Assembly (NCBI GenBank): GCA_963764165.1
Contig: CAVXRD010000003.1
Coordinates: 608,001-672,000 of the forward strand
Reading direction: 5' to 3'
Source of the DNA: an uncultured Verrucomicrobiae bacterium
GTDB taxonomy: Bacteria; Verrucomicrobiota; Verrucomicrobiia; Limisphaerales; Palsa-1400
Length of the DNA stretch: 64,000 nucleotides
Shown: positions 44,850-55,195 of the stretch, piece after piece
Layout: the number at the start of each line of letters is the position of its first letter
Position numbering within the stretch: position 1 is the first letter of the stretch
Translations under genes and position numbers: made by a program
The notes under the pieces: model-generated
What the model saw: the letters and a program-made list of their open reading frames with translations, nothing else
Databases searched by the model: none
Told to the model about the DNA's origin: nothing

Positions 44850-46024
44850 CGCCGCACCTTTCTCATCCACCCGCCGAACAACAAGCCAAGCCAGCACATG
44901 GCCGAGGCAAGCGCCAGGCCGATGGCAAGCCCTTCAAAATTCATCGGGCCGCCGCCCTGCCAGTATTCCTTGATCCAGCTCCCCGCGTGATTGCTGTAAC
45001 CCCAAATGCGGTCGCTGACGAAAAACCAATTGTCCGCCCATGCTGAGAGCAGGAACTCCGAAAAGAACCATTGCGCAGGAACGAAAATGACCAGGAACAC
45101 CGCCGCCAACAGCATCGCCGATCCAACCCGCCGCAAACCTGTGCTGTTTTGAATTCGCGGCAGGAGCAAATCCATCGCAATGGCAGGGCACACCAGCAAC
45201 AAAGGGAACGGCAGGGCGACCATGTGCGTCACCGGATTGTAGATGGGAGCCAATTTCGGCTGGGCCGGGAACAGCGGCAGCACCCAGCACATCAGGCATT
45301 CAATGAGCATGTAAATGGCCGCCACGCGGGTGACCGGCCACGAGGTGCGCGCAGCCCGGCCGATGGCCACCAGGCGGAACGGAAACGTCAGCGCGCAAAC
45401 TTCGACGAACATGGCGCTGTGCTGTTGATTTGGAAAAATATATTCGAGAACAAACACACTGGCGAGGACTTGGAACACGCCGCCCGTCCAAATAAACAGC
45501 ATGCTTCCGCCGCCGCCCTCCATATGATTCTGGCGGCTTAACACCAGCAGCAGCGCCCCCAACGTGATTCCAAACATTCCCAGGCCAAGCAAGGCATGCG
45601 GCGGGCTGATGATTTTCACATCCAGCCCGTAGGCGTTGTGCCACCAGTTGTCGAACGGGCCGGAACCAAGCATCGCCATGGCGCCCCAAATGCAGACCCA
45701 CGCCCCAAGCGGAGCGCGCGCGCCAAACACCCGGACCGCCGATTCCCTCTCTTCCGGCGTCGCAAAAAAAGTATATTTGACTGCGAGCCAGCCGCCGACG
45801 CAGCCGCCCAGCGCGCCGCCCAAATAAATCACCATGTGCGCGGGCGTCCAAAAAGTGTCGCGCCCAATGGTCTCGTGCCATGAAATATCCCAGATGATTC
45901 CGACGGCAATGCAAGTGGCTGCGAACGCCAGAGCCAGAGCGGGCCATAGTGCGGGAGTCCGGACGCGAACTTCGGCTGCTGTTTCGGTGGAAACAAACGA
46001 AGAATCCAGAGCGGTGCTTTGCAT
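44846..46024 (-). CDS. Multi-pass membrane protein with conserved-looking WD..WH/PAH motifs
   Basis: WDISWH..GRDTFWTPAH and FDNWWHNAYGLDV..SPPH internal repeat; many TM segments. Confidence 0.75.
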   Translation of the reverse strand: MQSTALDSSFVSTETAAEVRVRTPALWPALALAFAATCIAVGIIWDISWHETIGRDTFWTPAHMVIYLGGALGGCVGGWLAVKYTFFATPEERESAVRVFGARAPLGAWVCIWGAMAMLGSGPFDNWWHNAYGLDVKIISPPHALLGLGMFGITLGALLLVLSRQNHMEGGGGSMLFIWTGGVFQVLASVFVLEYIFPNQQHSAMFVEVCALTFPFRLVAIGRAARTSWPVTRVAAIYMLIECLMCWVLPLFPAQPKLAPIYNPVTHMVALPFPLLLVCPAIAMDLLLPRIQNSTGLRRVGSAMLLAAVFLVIFVPAQWFFSEFLLSAWADNWFFVSDRIWGYSNHAGSWIKEYWQGGGPMNFEGLAIGLALASAMCWLGLLFGGWMRKVRR

Positions 46025-46331
46025 AATTTGCGCGCGGAAGAACACAACAACGTTCTGTCAAACTATTCACTGACGAACACGGGGCATTTTCCAACGAACA
46101 GACGGCGTGGTCAATGAATTTTCCCGGGGCGCGGCTGTGTCGAAGAGCCGCTGCGGATTAAAGATGGGAGGCGCCCTGGAAAAGAGCGCCGCTGCGTCTT
46201 CGGCACTGCCGCGCCCCGGGAATAGGCAAACAGCCTGTCAAAGAAGTGGTACTTCCACCCATTGGACTCGCGGAAATTAAATGAGAGGTTGGGTCAGGTC
46301 AGAATTAAAAAATAATAACAAAAGGATCCTT

Positions 46332-46628
46332 ATGACTCGTTATGAAACTCCGAATGCCATCCGCAACGACGCACGCACTCTGGCTGATGACGCCCGCGCG
46401 TTATTGGAAGCAACCTCTGAAATCACAGATGAAAAAGTAGCGGAAGCCCGCGAACGCCTGAACGAAGCGCTGGCGGCTGGCAAACAAGGGTTTGCCCGCT
46501 TGCAGGAACGCGTCAGCGAAAGCGCGAAAGCCGCTGACCAGACCATTCGCTCCAATCCCTACCAATCGCTCGCGGTTGCCTTCGGCATCGGCGCGTTGCT
46601 CGGATATCTCGTCTCACGCCGCGACTAA
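46332..46628 (+). CDS. ElaB/YqjD (DUF883) family protein
   Basis: DQTIRSNPYQSLAVAFGIGALLGYLVSRR C-terminus. Confidence 0.9.
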   Translation: MTRYETPNAIRNDARTLADDARALLEATSEITDEKVAEARERLNEALAAGKQGFARLQERVSESAKAADQTIRSNPYQSLAVAFGIGALLGYLVSRRD

Positions 46629-46637
46629 TCTGCCGCC

Positions 46638-47027
46638 ATGGACGAAACAGCCACGCCGTTGAGTGATATCAAATCGATCTCCAGGCGCATGGTCGCGCGG
46701 GCGCTGCACCTGGGGGAGAATCGTTTGCAACTTTTGCTCCTCGAGGTTGAGGAGGAACGGGAAAGGCTGCTGCACGCTTTAATTCTAGCGTTGGGAGCAG
46801 CGGCCTTTGGATTGCTCGCCGGCGTGGCTTTGACTGCTACCGTTTTAGTGCTGTTTTGGCCGACACACGCGATTGCCGCGATGTCGGCCTTGACGTTTTT
46901 TTATTTGGCCATGGCCGCTTTTCTCGGCGCAAAATTGAGCAAGTTGCGCCGCGAATGGGAAGCTTTCTCTGGATCGCTCAGCCAACTTAGAAAGGACTGC
47001 GCATGCCTGGCAGAAACTCTTCACTAG
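46638..47027 (+). CDS. YqjE-like (phage holin superfamily III) membrane protein
   Basis: RLQLLLLEVEEE, two TMs, QLRKD; follows DUF883. Confidence 0.8.
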   Translation: MDETATPLSDIKSISRRMVARALHLGENRLQLLLLEVEEERERLLHALILALGAAAFGLLAGVALTATVLVLFWPTHAIAAMSALTFFYLAMAAFLGAKLSKLRREWEAFSGSLSQLRKDCACLAETLH

Positions 47028-47308
47028 CCGCCCTCAACACCCGCAAGCGGCTTCTGATTCTTGAATCAGAAGTGCATCGCGCCCAGTTGGCCCAGGACTG
47101 GAAGGACCTCCACGGCTGCGTTGGGGCACTCCGGGAAAAAGCGAAGCCGGTCGGGAAAGCTATTTCCATCGCCGGCATGCTGATTGCCGCGGCGACGGCT
47201 TACAGCCGAATTCGCCACGGCAAGGGATCGCTGCTGTCCCGGATATTAGCGAGCGGTTCCGTTCTTACCACTATTTTCAAGTTTGCCGGGCGCATGGGCG
47301 CTCGCTGA
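47003..47308 (+). CDS. YqjK-like protein
   Basis: RKRLLILESEVHRAQL; third gene of a yqjDEK-like operon. Confidence 0.65.
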   Translation: MPGRNSSLAALNTRKRLLILESEVHRAQLAQDWKDLHGCVGALREKAKPVGKAISIAGMLIAAATAYSRIRHGKGSLLSRILASGSVLTTIFKFAGRMGAR

Positions 47309-47587
47309 AGCGGGATTTCCAGCGGGCTTTTGGCGCAGGGCGTGTTCGGCCTTGAGCCAGTTTTCCGCGTCACGCCCTTCGACACAGCCGCTTTCCACGT
47401 AAATTTGGGCCGCCAATTTGGCGATTTGCTCATGTGTGGGCTGCGCGGTTGCCGTTGTGGGTGCAGACGAACTTGTCGTCCCGGAGGAAGACGCAGCGGC
47501 GGCTGGGGTGGTATCAGCGGGCCGGGTCTTTGATGATTTGCCAGCCGGCTTGGCAGCCGGGGCGGATGTTGATGTCATAGTTGCCAT
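47246..47587 (-). CDS. DUF2934 domain protein
   Basis: EQIAKLAAQIYVESGCVEGRDAENWLKAE. Confidence 0.8.
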   Translation of the reverse strand: MATMTSTSAPAAKPAGKSSKTRPADTTPAAAASSSGTTSSSAPTTATAQPTHEQIAKLAAQIYVESGCVEGRDAENWLKAEHALRQKPAGNPASASAHAPGKLENSGKNGTAR

Positions 47588-47645
47588 AAGGGTAAAAATT
47601 TAGCATCCATCCCCTAACCTCAAATGGGGAAAACTACCCAAAATT

Positions 47646-48788
47646 CTAATGCACCGGAGGCACCGTCGCCGGCGGAACAATCGAAACGCCGCTGCCAACG
47701 GGAATGAAGATTCCCGCCGCGCCGCTCGAAGGCTGGGCGATCTGGCGGGTGCCGGCGTTGATGGCCGCCGAGCTGACGAACGTATCCAACGCGACTTCGA
47801 TATAGTGATCGAGATACCGGTAGGGCGAAAGCGGCACGTAAACAATATCCCCCGGCGCGAGCGCAACATCATGCGCCTCGCCTCGGACAACCTTCTTGTA
47901 ATCCACCAGCGTCAAATGCGGCTGAGACAAGGAGCCGTTCACCACCGCCACATGCGATAAATACGCGCCCTTCAACGTGCCATAAGCCCCAGCGATGGCT
48001 CCCGCCAGCGTCAACCCTTTTTGGTAAGGAACCAATCGCGGCTCCGTCACCGCGCCAAGCACATAAACATCCCGCGCCACGGACGATGGGAAATAAATAA
48101 AATCGTCGGGCTCAAGGTAAATATTCTGCGACAAGTCGCCCTCGGTCAGAAGTTTTTCAAAATCAATCGGCAGGCATTTCCCGTTGCGGACGACAAAGCT
48201 GTGCGACAAATCCGCCATCTCCTGGCCCACGCCAGCCGCTTCCTGGTCGCGATACGAAGTCAGGCTCATCGTGCCGCCCGCAATGGAAATGGCCTCCAGC
48301 AGCGTCATCGGCCCGTTGTTCATTGGATACACGCCAGGCGCCTGAACGCGTCCGAGAATCCAAACCCGGCGGCTCGCGACCTCGCGCAGGATGAGGGACA
48401 CCTTGGGCGGTTCGCGCACGAATTGGGCGAAGTTCGTCTCAATGAGCGATTTTGCCTGGGCAAGCGTTTTGCCCCAGACTTCCAAGCCGGGCAGCAGATC
48501 AAAATAAATTTTCCCGTCCGGTGCGACGATGGTTGTCGCCTTGGAACCGGCCTCGCCCAGCACTTCAATCTCCACCTTGTCACCCGGCCCCAGGGTGTAC
48601 GGCTCCTGCGGCGGCTTTAACATCGAGGGGTCCGGGTGATTGGTCCTCACAAAATCAGCCACCACGCCCGATGGAACCGCCGGGCCTTCAACCTTGCCGA
48701 GTTCCCCGTGCTGGCATGCTGTCAAACATAACGCCGCGATGCCTGCGGAAAATCCCGCCCAATTCAACCGAGTCCGCCCGTTTTTCAT
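47646..48788 (-). CDS. Polysaccharide export lipoprotein (Wza-like, Poly_export plus SLBB)
   Basis: LTAC lipobox; YTLGPGD, VAPDGKI, GRVQAPG and TLLEAI motifs. Confidence 0.85.
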   Translation of the reverse strand: MKNGRTRLNWAGFSAGIAALCLTACQHGELGKVEGPAVPSGVVADFVRTNHPDPSMLKPPQEPYTLGPGDKVEIEVLGEAGSKATTIVAPDGKIYFDLLPGLEVWGKTLAQAKSLIETNFAQFVREPPKVSLILREVASRRVWILGRVQAPGVYPMNNGPMTLLEAISIAGGTMSLTSYRDQEAAGVGQEMADLSHSFVVRNGKCLPIDFEKLLTEGDLSQNIYLEPDDFIYFPSSVARDVYVLGAVTEPRLVPYQKGLTLAGAIAGAYGTLKGAYLSHVAVVNGSLSQPHLTLVDYKKVVRGEAHDVALAPGDIVYVPLSPYRYLDHYIEVALDTFVSSAAINAGTRQIAQPSSGAAGIFIPVGSGVSIVPPATVPPVH

Positions 48789-51778
48789 TGTGTTGTGTAT
48801 GGAGTAATGACTTTTGCGCCAACCCACGAAGTGATGAATCCTTGAATGAACGCCGTGGTGGCCAAATCCGTAAGCTCCTCAACCCGGATGAACGGGCGCG
48901 CGCTGACAAAAATAATATCCTTCGGCTCCATGTGAAAATCCAATTGCTTGCCTTTGACAATGTCAGCCGTGTTGACAACGAAATACTGTGGATGGTTCAG
49001 CGAACCCCGGATCACGAGCACGCGGGAGCGGTAGGCGCGCTCCGTGAATCCGCCGCGCGCGGCGATGGCGGAAATCGCCGTTTCCGTTGGGAAATATCCC
49101 ACCGGCCCAGGAAGCCGAATCTCTCCCAGCACATAGACTTCCGCCACGTTGGCTCCCGCGATGTAGACATAATCACCCGGCTCAATTGGAATATTTTGCG
49201 AAAGATCGCCCGCCTCAAAAAGCTTCTCGAAATCGAGCGGCAGCCGTTTGCCATCGCGGGAAATGAAACTGCGCGAAAAATCCGCCAGATCCACAACGCT
49301 GCGTCCGACGAGGCCATTTTCAAAACCTTTCGCGCGGGCTATCGCCTCGAGAATGGTGATGGGCCTGTCCAATACGTAAGTGCCCTTCACCATGACTTTG
49401 CCGAGCATGTAATAGCGTTTGCTGCGGAAGGCGACGGGCGTGATCATCGTGTGCGGCGCGCGACGATATTTTCCCAGCTCCTGATCGATCTTGTCGCGGA
49501 GTTCGTCAATGGTAAGGCCGGTGGCGAGGATGTCCTGCGCCTCCAGAAAACTCACGCGGCCATCCGGCCCCACCACGATGTCCGCCGAATTCAATTCCGG
49601 CTGGCCGAACAAGCCAAAGTTCATGGCGTCGCCCGGGCCCAGCGTTAATTTCTGCTGCCAGGCCGCCTTTTGCGCCGGATTCACGATGGAAAATGACAAA
49701 TTGGCGGAGGTCACATTCGTCGGTGGCGTCAGCGCGGGCGGATTGGAGATTTGCCCTTGCGCTGAACTGAATGAGAGCAGCGATATGGCGATGGAAGCGG
49801 CCGTGATCCATTTCGGAAAGAGTTTTTTGACGGTCTGGCCGCGCTGGCGATTGAGCACCGCGCCCACGAGATTGCATCGAGCGTGGCGCAATGTTTCCAA
49901 TTGGTCACGAGTGGCCTCGGCCCGGGCTGTTCCGCAATTGGACAGCCAGATCAAGTTCGGCAAATTCGCCGCCAGGAGCACCGTTTCCGGCATGTCGGCC
50001 GGCGGCAATTCCACCAGAATGACGATGTTTTCGATTTTGCGCCAGTGGTTGAGCGCTTCGCTCCATTGCTGGCGGCGCTCGCGATTCCATACCCAGCCGG
50101 GCAGCGGGATGTGGACGACGGGGCGGCCATCGGGATCCGTCAAACGCGTGGCAATTTGCGCGGGAGAACTCAAGGCATCGCCTTCTCTGGTCGTGAGTTG
50201 ATCATTCCCGTTTGCAGTTCCATCTCCATTTCCATTTCCATTGGCCGATTTAAGCTCGACTGTATTGGCCTTGATCCCTTCGCCGGGCTCCCGCGCTTGC
50301 AGCGCGTCGGGCAAAAGATCCGCATCCTGCGGCGTGTCGTTCTTTCCCTCGCCCGTCGGTGGGCGCGTCGCGATGGTTAGGACGCGAAATCCAGTGAGGC
50401 TCGCCGCTTCCGCCAGCAGCTTGATCCACGTCGAGCGCCCTTCCCCTTTGGCGGAGGAGGTGAAGCCACACACCAACCCGTGGTGCGCTGTGGGACTCAA
50501 ATAGCCTTGCAGCAAAGTCCATGTGCGGAACGCCCATTGCGATTTTTCCGACTCCGGCATGCGGTCGATGTTTCCAAGCGTCGTCAACACCGGCAATTTG
50601 GTGACGCGCTGTATATCGCCGATCGTCTTCAGCCGCCCGTCGGCAAACTCCGTGAACAACACCAGGGCCAGGCTCGCCGCCAAACCGACCAGGCCGCCCA
50701 CGACCGAAGCGCCCGCAATCTTCATTCTGCGATGGCCGCTCTTGACCCCCGTGAGCGTGGCGGGGGCGAAAATTCGGGCCTGGCCGGGGGGATTCGCCAC
50801 ATACAAGTCCGCTTCGCGCTGGCGGTGAACTAAGAGGACGCGCTCTTGTTCGAGAGTCAGAATTTTCGCGCGCAGAATTTCCACTTCCGGGTCAATCTGC
50901 TGCGGCCCCTGCTGGAAATTCATCGGAATGGCCGCCGTCGCATCTGGGCCCGAAAGCGCCGAGAAAGAGGTATTGGTCGTGTCCGAGGCCAGTTGTCTTT
51001 GGATGGCCTCCACCTTGGCCCGCTGAATCTGCACTTTCGGGTGTTTGTCAGTGTATTGGAGCAGCAGATTGTTCATTTCCGCAAGCGATGTGCGCAGATT
51101 TTCCATGTCCATCGCGACGACCGGAGAATTGCGGGCAGTCGCCCGGTCCGCTTCGTTCGTTTTTCCACTGGCTTTCTTGGTGCTCTCCATCGGCGTGGCC
51201 ATCAAGTGGAATTCATGATCGAGATCCGCAATGTCCTGGTCCATTTGCTTCACTTGCTTGCTGAGATACGCATCGGTCGTCTGGCGGACTTCCTGCGCTT
51301 GCAGCATCCGCAGGTATTGCACGGCGTTTGTCAAATACACATTAAGCAAATCCACCGCCTGCTGCGCGGTCCCGGCCGCCAATTGCACGTTGACCATGTC
51401 TGATTCGGCATCGGGCTCGACTTTGATTTGCTTGGCGAAAATTTCGGACGGGATTTTCGGGGTCGCGAGCGCGCCCACCTGCTGCAAGAGCTCCGGCGCG
51501 CGGATCAGCCCGGCGAAGGTTTCCGGCGACGGCTGGTTTTCCTTGGGAAAAAGGTCGTCCCCGCCGGCCGTGCGCAGCAACTGGCCGGTGGCGGTAAATT
51601 TAGGTTTGACTAGTTTGTTGGCGGTGAACCCTATTCCCGCCGCGCACAGAAGCGCCCCAATGACCGCCCAGTGCCAGCGGCAAACCAGCATGTCCAGGAT
51701 CAGCCAGACATCGATGTTGGAGGCCGGTGTTTCCTTCATGGGAGCTGAAGGCCTTCGTGACTTTGGATTAGATTGCAT
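48785..51778 (-). CDS. Fusion of a Wzc-like co-polymerase/degenerate tyrosine kinase and Wza-like export (SLBB) domains
   Basis: N-terminal TM, coiled coil with YTDKHPKV, TM, SSAKGEGRST, GAVLN; then LGPGD, VGPDGRV and SLBB repeats. Confidence 0.8.
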   Translation of the reverse strand: MQSNPKSRRPSAPMKETPASNIDVWLILDMLVCRWHWAVIGALLCAAGIGFTANKLVKPKFTATGQLLRTAGGDDLFPKENQPSPETFAGLIRAPELLQQVGALATPKIPSEIFAKQIKVEPDAESDMVNVQLAAGTAQQAVDLLNVYLTNAVQYLRMLQAQEVRQTTDAYLSKQVKQMDQDIADLDHEFHLMATPMESTKKASGKTNEADRATARNSPVVAMDMENLRTSLAEMNNLLLQYTDKHPKVQIQRAKVEAIQRQLASDTTNTSFSALSGPDATAAIPMNFQQGPQQIDPEVEILRAKILTLEQERVLLVHRQREADLYVANPPGQARIFAPATLTGVKSGHRRMKIAGASVVGGLVGLAASLALVLFTEFADGRLKTIGDIQRVTKLPVLTTLGNIDRMPESEKSQWAFRTWTLLQGYLSPTAHHGLVCGFTSSAKGEGRSTWIKLLAEAASLTGFRVLTIATRPPTGEGKNDTPQDADLLPDALQAREPGEGIKANTVELKSANGNGNGDGTANGNDQLTTREGDALSSPAQIATRLTDPDGRPVVHIPLPGWVWNRERRQQWSEALNHWRKIENIVILVELPPADMPETVLLAANLPNLIWLSNCGTARAEATRDQLETLRHARCNLVGAVLNRQRGQTVKKLFPKWITAASIAISLLSFSSAQGQISNPPALTPPTNVTSANLSFSIVNPAQKAAWQQKLTLGPGDAMNFGLFGQPELNSADIVVGPDGRVSFLEAQDILATGLTIDELRDKIDQELGKYRRAPHTMITPVAFRSKRYYMLGKVMVKGTYVLDRPITILEAIARAKGFENGLVGRSVVDLADFSRSFISRDGKRLPLDFEKLFEAGDLSQNIPIEPGDYVYIAGANVAEVYVLGEIRLPGPVGYFPTETAISAIAARGGFTERAYRSRVLVIRGSLNHPQYFVVNTADIVKGKQLDFHMEPKDIIFVSARPFIRVEELTDLATTAFIQGFITSWVGAKVITPYTTQ

Positions 51779-51942
51779 CTGTCAAAAACAATGCAGAAAG
51801 CGTAGGGCGTGTCGGCATTATGCATCAGTGGGTGAACACCGTATAAGGCCGGTCGCGGCACCCACGAGCGTTTTACTCTGGGAAATTGGGGTTAACAGCC
51901 TACTACCACCTTGCGCCGCAGCCATCTAAGGTTGCGGGCACG

Positions 51943-53088
51943 ATGCAGTTCTCAACCGCGAATCAAGAATCAAACGGCTCCCAAGTCGCCATCGGCATCG
52001 TTGCGTGGAATGAAGAAGCTGGAATCAAGCCAACTCTTGATTCATTGCTTGAGCAGACACTTTTCGCGGAGTTGGAGAAACGCGGCTGGAAGTGCGAAAT
52101 TCTATGTCTCGCCAACGGCTGCACGGATCGCACCGTTCCAGTCGTCGAAGAAATCTTCGCGGGCTACGAGAGCAAACACCCGAATCGCGCGGCCTTTAGA
52201 GCGCGCGTGGTTGAATTGCAGAAGCGGGGAAAAATCAACGCGTGGAACCAATTCGTCCATGAGCTTTCGCCGAAAAATGCGAAGTACATGTTCCTGATGG
52301 ACGCGGATATTTTGATTCATCGCCGCGAATCGCTTTGGAACATGCTCCGCGCCTTGGAAGAAGACCACGAGGCCTACATCGCCGTCGACCGCCCAAAAAA
52401 GCATTTGCTCTTCAAGGAACGGAAGACGCCCATGGATTATCTTTCGCTGGCGGCGTCGCGGCTGACTTCCTCCGCCGATGGGCAGCTCTGCGGGCAGCTC
52501 TATTGCATTCGGGCGGAAATCGCCCGGAACATTTATTTGCCGAAAGATTTATCCGCGTGTGAGGACGGATTCATCAAGACGCTCGTTTGCACAGATTTTC
52601 TCACCCGGCCCTCCGCCGCGCGGCGCATTCGCGTGGCGGAAGGGGCGGAGCACACTTTCGAGGCATACACCTCGCCAAAAGCGATAGTCAAAAATCAAAA
52701 AAGACAAATCATCGGGCAGACGATCATCCATATTCTTGTTGACCACTATTTCAAGAATCGTCCGTCGTCCGGTGGCGCGCGTTTGGCAGACACGTTGGAA
52801 AGCAATGATCGCAATGACCCGCTCTGGCTCAAGAGGCTGATTCATCAGCACCTGGAGGAGACGCGGCATTGGTGGCGTCTTTATCCCGGGATGAGCGGCA
52901 TGGGATTCAGGCGCCTGCGCCGCCTCAACCTTGGCGCGCGTGTTCTTTGCTTTCCCGCCGCAGTCGCAAGTTCGGTGCTTGCGGTTGTTTCCGGACGCAT
53001 GGCGCATCAAGCGCTGCGGGCCGGCTGCACAGAATACTGGCCCCAGGCCCAGCGTGAAGGACTCACCCCCGCCAACTCAAAAACTTAA
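51943..53088 (+). CDS. Glycosyltransferase family 2
   Basis: AWNEE, NGCTDRT, GKINAWN and MDAD motifs. Confidence 0.85.
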   Translation: MQFSTANQESNGSQVAIGIVAWNEEAGIKPTLDSLLEQTLFAELEKRGWKCEILCLANGCTDRTVPVVEEIFAGYESKHPNRAAFRARVVELQKRGKINAWNQFVHELSPKNAKYMFLMDADILIHRRESLWNMLRALEEDHEAYIAVDRPKKHLLFKERKTPMDYLSLAASRLTSSADGQLCGQLYCIRAEIARNIYLPKDLSACEDGFIKTLVCTDFLTRPSAARRIRVAEGAEHTFEAYTSPKAIVKNQKRQIIGQTIIHILVDHYFKNRPSSGGARLADTLESNDRNDPLWLKRLIHQHLEETRHWWRLYPGMSGMGFRRLRRLNLGARVLCFPAAVASSVLAVVSGRMAHQALRAGCTEYWPQAQREGLTPANSKT

Positions 53089-53090
53089 TT

Positions 53091-53720
53091 ATGCAAGGCA
53101 CAATTCCACAAAAAATCGGGCGCGTGGTGGCAAATCTTTGCCTCCACCCGCAGTACATGCCACGCACCGTGGCCCACAACGTTCTCGGCCGCAAATCGCC
53201 GGCTGACCTGGAGCTGCCGTGGCTGCCCTACGCAGCCATTGATTTTCTCGAGGAATATTGCCAGCCGACTATGGCGGTTTGCGAATACGGCTCCGGCGGC
53301 TCCACCCTGTTCTTTTCCAAGCGGGTGAAATCGGTCTACTCGATTGAGGACAACGTGGAATGGTTCAACTTGATTTCGGACCGCGTCCGCAACAAGGGCA
53401 TCACCAACGTCACGCTGAAACTCTTCCCGTTCGATTTCAAAAATCCGGCCGATTTCGACAAATCGGAGTATTTGAACGCCATCCCTGACCAGAAGTTTGA
53501 CATCATCGTCGTCGACGGCAGCGAGGAATGGAATAAGATTCGCGCGATTTGCTTTGCCAAGGCCGAGAAGCACGTCAAGAAGGGCGGCATCATTCTGGTT
53601 GACGATTCCTGGCGCTATCCGGAAATCCGCCAGAACCACAACGCCACCCGTTTCCAGACGTTTCAAAGTGTCGGCCCCGGCCGCCCCGGCGTGACGAGTT
53701 CCGACGTTTACTTCTACTGA
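53091..53720 (+). CDS. Class I SAM-dependent methyltransferase
   Basis: EYGSGGST, SIED, FDIIVVDG and GGIILVDDS motifs. Confidence 0.85.
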   Translation: MQGTIPQKIGRVVANLCLHPQYMPRTVAHNVLGRKSPADLELPWLPYAAIDFLEEYCQPTMAVCEYGSGGSTLFFSKRVKSVYSIEDNVEWFNLISDRVRNKGITNVTLKLFPFDFKNPADFDKSEYLNAIPDQKFDIIVVDGSEEWNKIRAICFAKAEKHVKKGGIILVDDSWRYPEIRQNHNATRFQTFQSVGPGRPGVTSSDVYFY

Positions 53721-53753
53721 GACGCGCTCGGACCCGCCGAGCGTCGCGGAGCG

Positions 53754-55193
53754 ATGACATTCAAAGCGATATTTGGTGTGACAGTGCTGCCTGCTGCCAT
53801 TCTGGCCAGCTGCCTGATGTGCTGTCTTTCCAAGCGCCTCCGCGACCTCTATTTCCTGCTGCTGGTGTTCTTCGCGCCCATGATTGAGCTGATGGACGTG
53901 AATTTCTGGAGCCGGGAGTGGTATCGCGGGACGTCTCGCGGCTTTGAGTTTTCGATCCTGGACATCCTGTCCATCAGCCTGCTGGTGAGCGCGGTGCTTG
54001 CGCCGCGCAAGGGGGAGGCCCGGTGGTTCTGGCCCGCCAGCATCGGTTTGATGTTCCTGTTGTTCCTCTATGCGTGCGGCAATGTTGCGGCGATGGAACC
54101 GAAACTGTTCGGGATGTTCGAGCTGTTCAAAATGGTTCGGGGCATGATCCTGGTCTCCGCCATTGCCCTCTTCATCCGCAGCGAGCGTGAAGTGAAAATG
54201 CTCATTTTCGCGCTGTCCGCGCTGGTCTGCTTTGAGGGAATGCTGGCCATCAAGCAGCGCTACCTTGATGGCATCAACCGCGTTCCCGGCACGATCGATG
54301 ATTCGAATAGCTTGTCGGTATTCTGCTGCATGACGGGGCCCGTTTTGGTGGCGGCGCTGAATTCGCGCATCTCGCTGTTCCAGAAAATGATGTGCGCCGC
54401 TGGCATCGGACTGGTCTGCATCGCCGAAATTCTCACCATCTCCCGGGCCGGCGTCGTGACCTTGGCGATGATGCTATTGGGGACGGCTCTTTGCACGATG
54501 TCGTGGAAAATCGATGCTCGCAAAGTGGCCATCGTTGTCACGGTGGTGCTGGGCGCGGTGGGAATTATCGCGAAGTCCTGGCATTCGCTGGGAGAACGAT
54601 TCGGCTCCTCCACTCTGGAGCAGGAGTACGGCAACCATCACAATCTTGGCCGCGGCTACTACCTGCGCATCGCGGGAGCTATCATTGACGATCATCCGTT
54701 TGGCATCGGTTTGAATAATTGGTCGTACATAACAAGCAACGAATACGGACCGCGCCTCGGCTATCAATTTGTTCCGTACCAGGGTGTCGATAAGGAGCCC
54801 AGTGATAAAATTCCATCGGGCGCGAATGTGGACGAGGCACAAGCCGCCCCCGCCCATTGTCTCGCCGCGTTGACGCTCGGCGAACTCGGCTATCCCGGCG
54901 TTTTCCTTTTGCTGTGCCTGTGGATTCGGTGGTTTTTTACGTCAGGCGCTTTCATTTTCAAGCGGACGCCGGATGTCACCCGCCGGCTTGCCGTGGGCAT
55001 TTTCTTTGGCTGCGGCGGGATATTTTTGCAGAGCATCACGGAATGGGTTTTCCGGCAGTCCCCCATTTATTACGTCTTCCACATTTTGGTGGGGACGCTG
55101 GCCAGCCTGCATTACATGAAGCGGCGGGCGGCGAAAAAGGCGGCTGAGGAAGCGGAAAGCGATCTCCTGCCGGTTGAAGTTCAATTTGCATAA
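53754..55193 (+). CDS. O-antigen ligase/Wzy-type polymerase family membrane protein
   Basis: Multi-TM; TISRAG, HPFGIGLNN and AH..ELGYPG motifs. Confidence 0.82.
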   Translation: MTFKAIFGVTVLPAAILASCLMCCLSKRLRDLYFLLLVFFAPMIELMDVNFWSREWYRGTSRGFEFSILDILSISLLVSAVLAPRKGEARWFWPASIGLMFLLFLYACGNVAAMEPKLFGMFELFKMVRGMILVSAIALFIRSEREVKMLIFALSALVCFEGMLAIKQRYLDGINRVPGTIDDSNSLSVFCCMTGPVLVAALNSRISLFQKMMCAAGIGLVCIAEILTISRAGVVTLAMMLLGTALCTMSWKIDARKVAIVVTVVLGAVGIIAKSWHSLGERFGSSTLEQEYGNHHNLGRGYYLRIAGAIIDDHPFGIGLNNWSYITSNEYGPRLGYQFVPYQGVDKEPSDKIPSGANVDEAQAAPAHCLAALTLGELGYPGVFLLLCLWIRWFFTSGAFIFKRTPDVTRRLAVGIFFGCGGIFLQSITEWVFRQSPIYYVFHILVGTLASLHYMKRRAAKKAAEEAESDLLPVEVQFA

Positions 55194-55195
55194 TC

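Noticed and set aside
46638..47027. Phage holin as evidence of a prophage
   Set aside because: Context is a yqjD/E/K-like chromosomal stress operon
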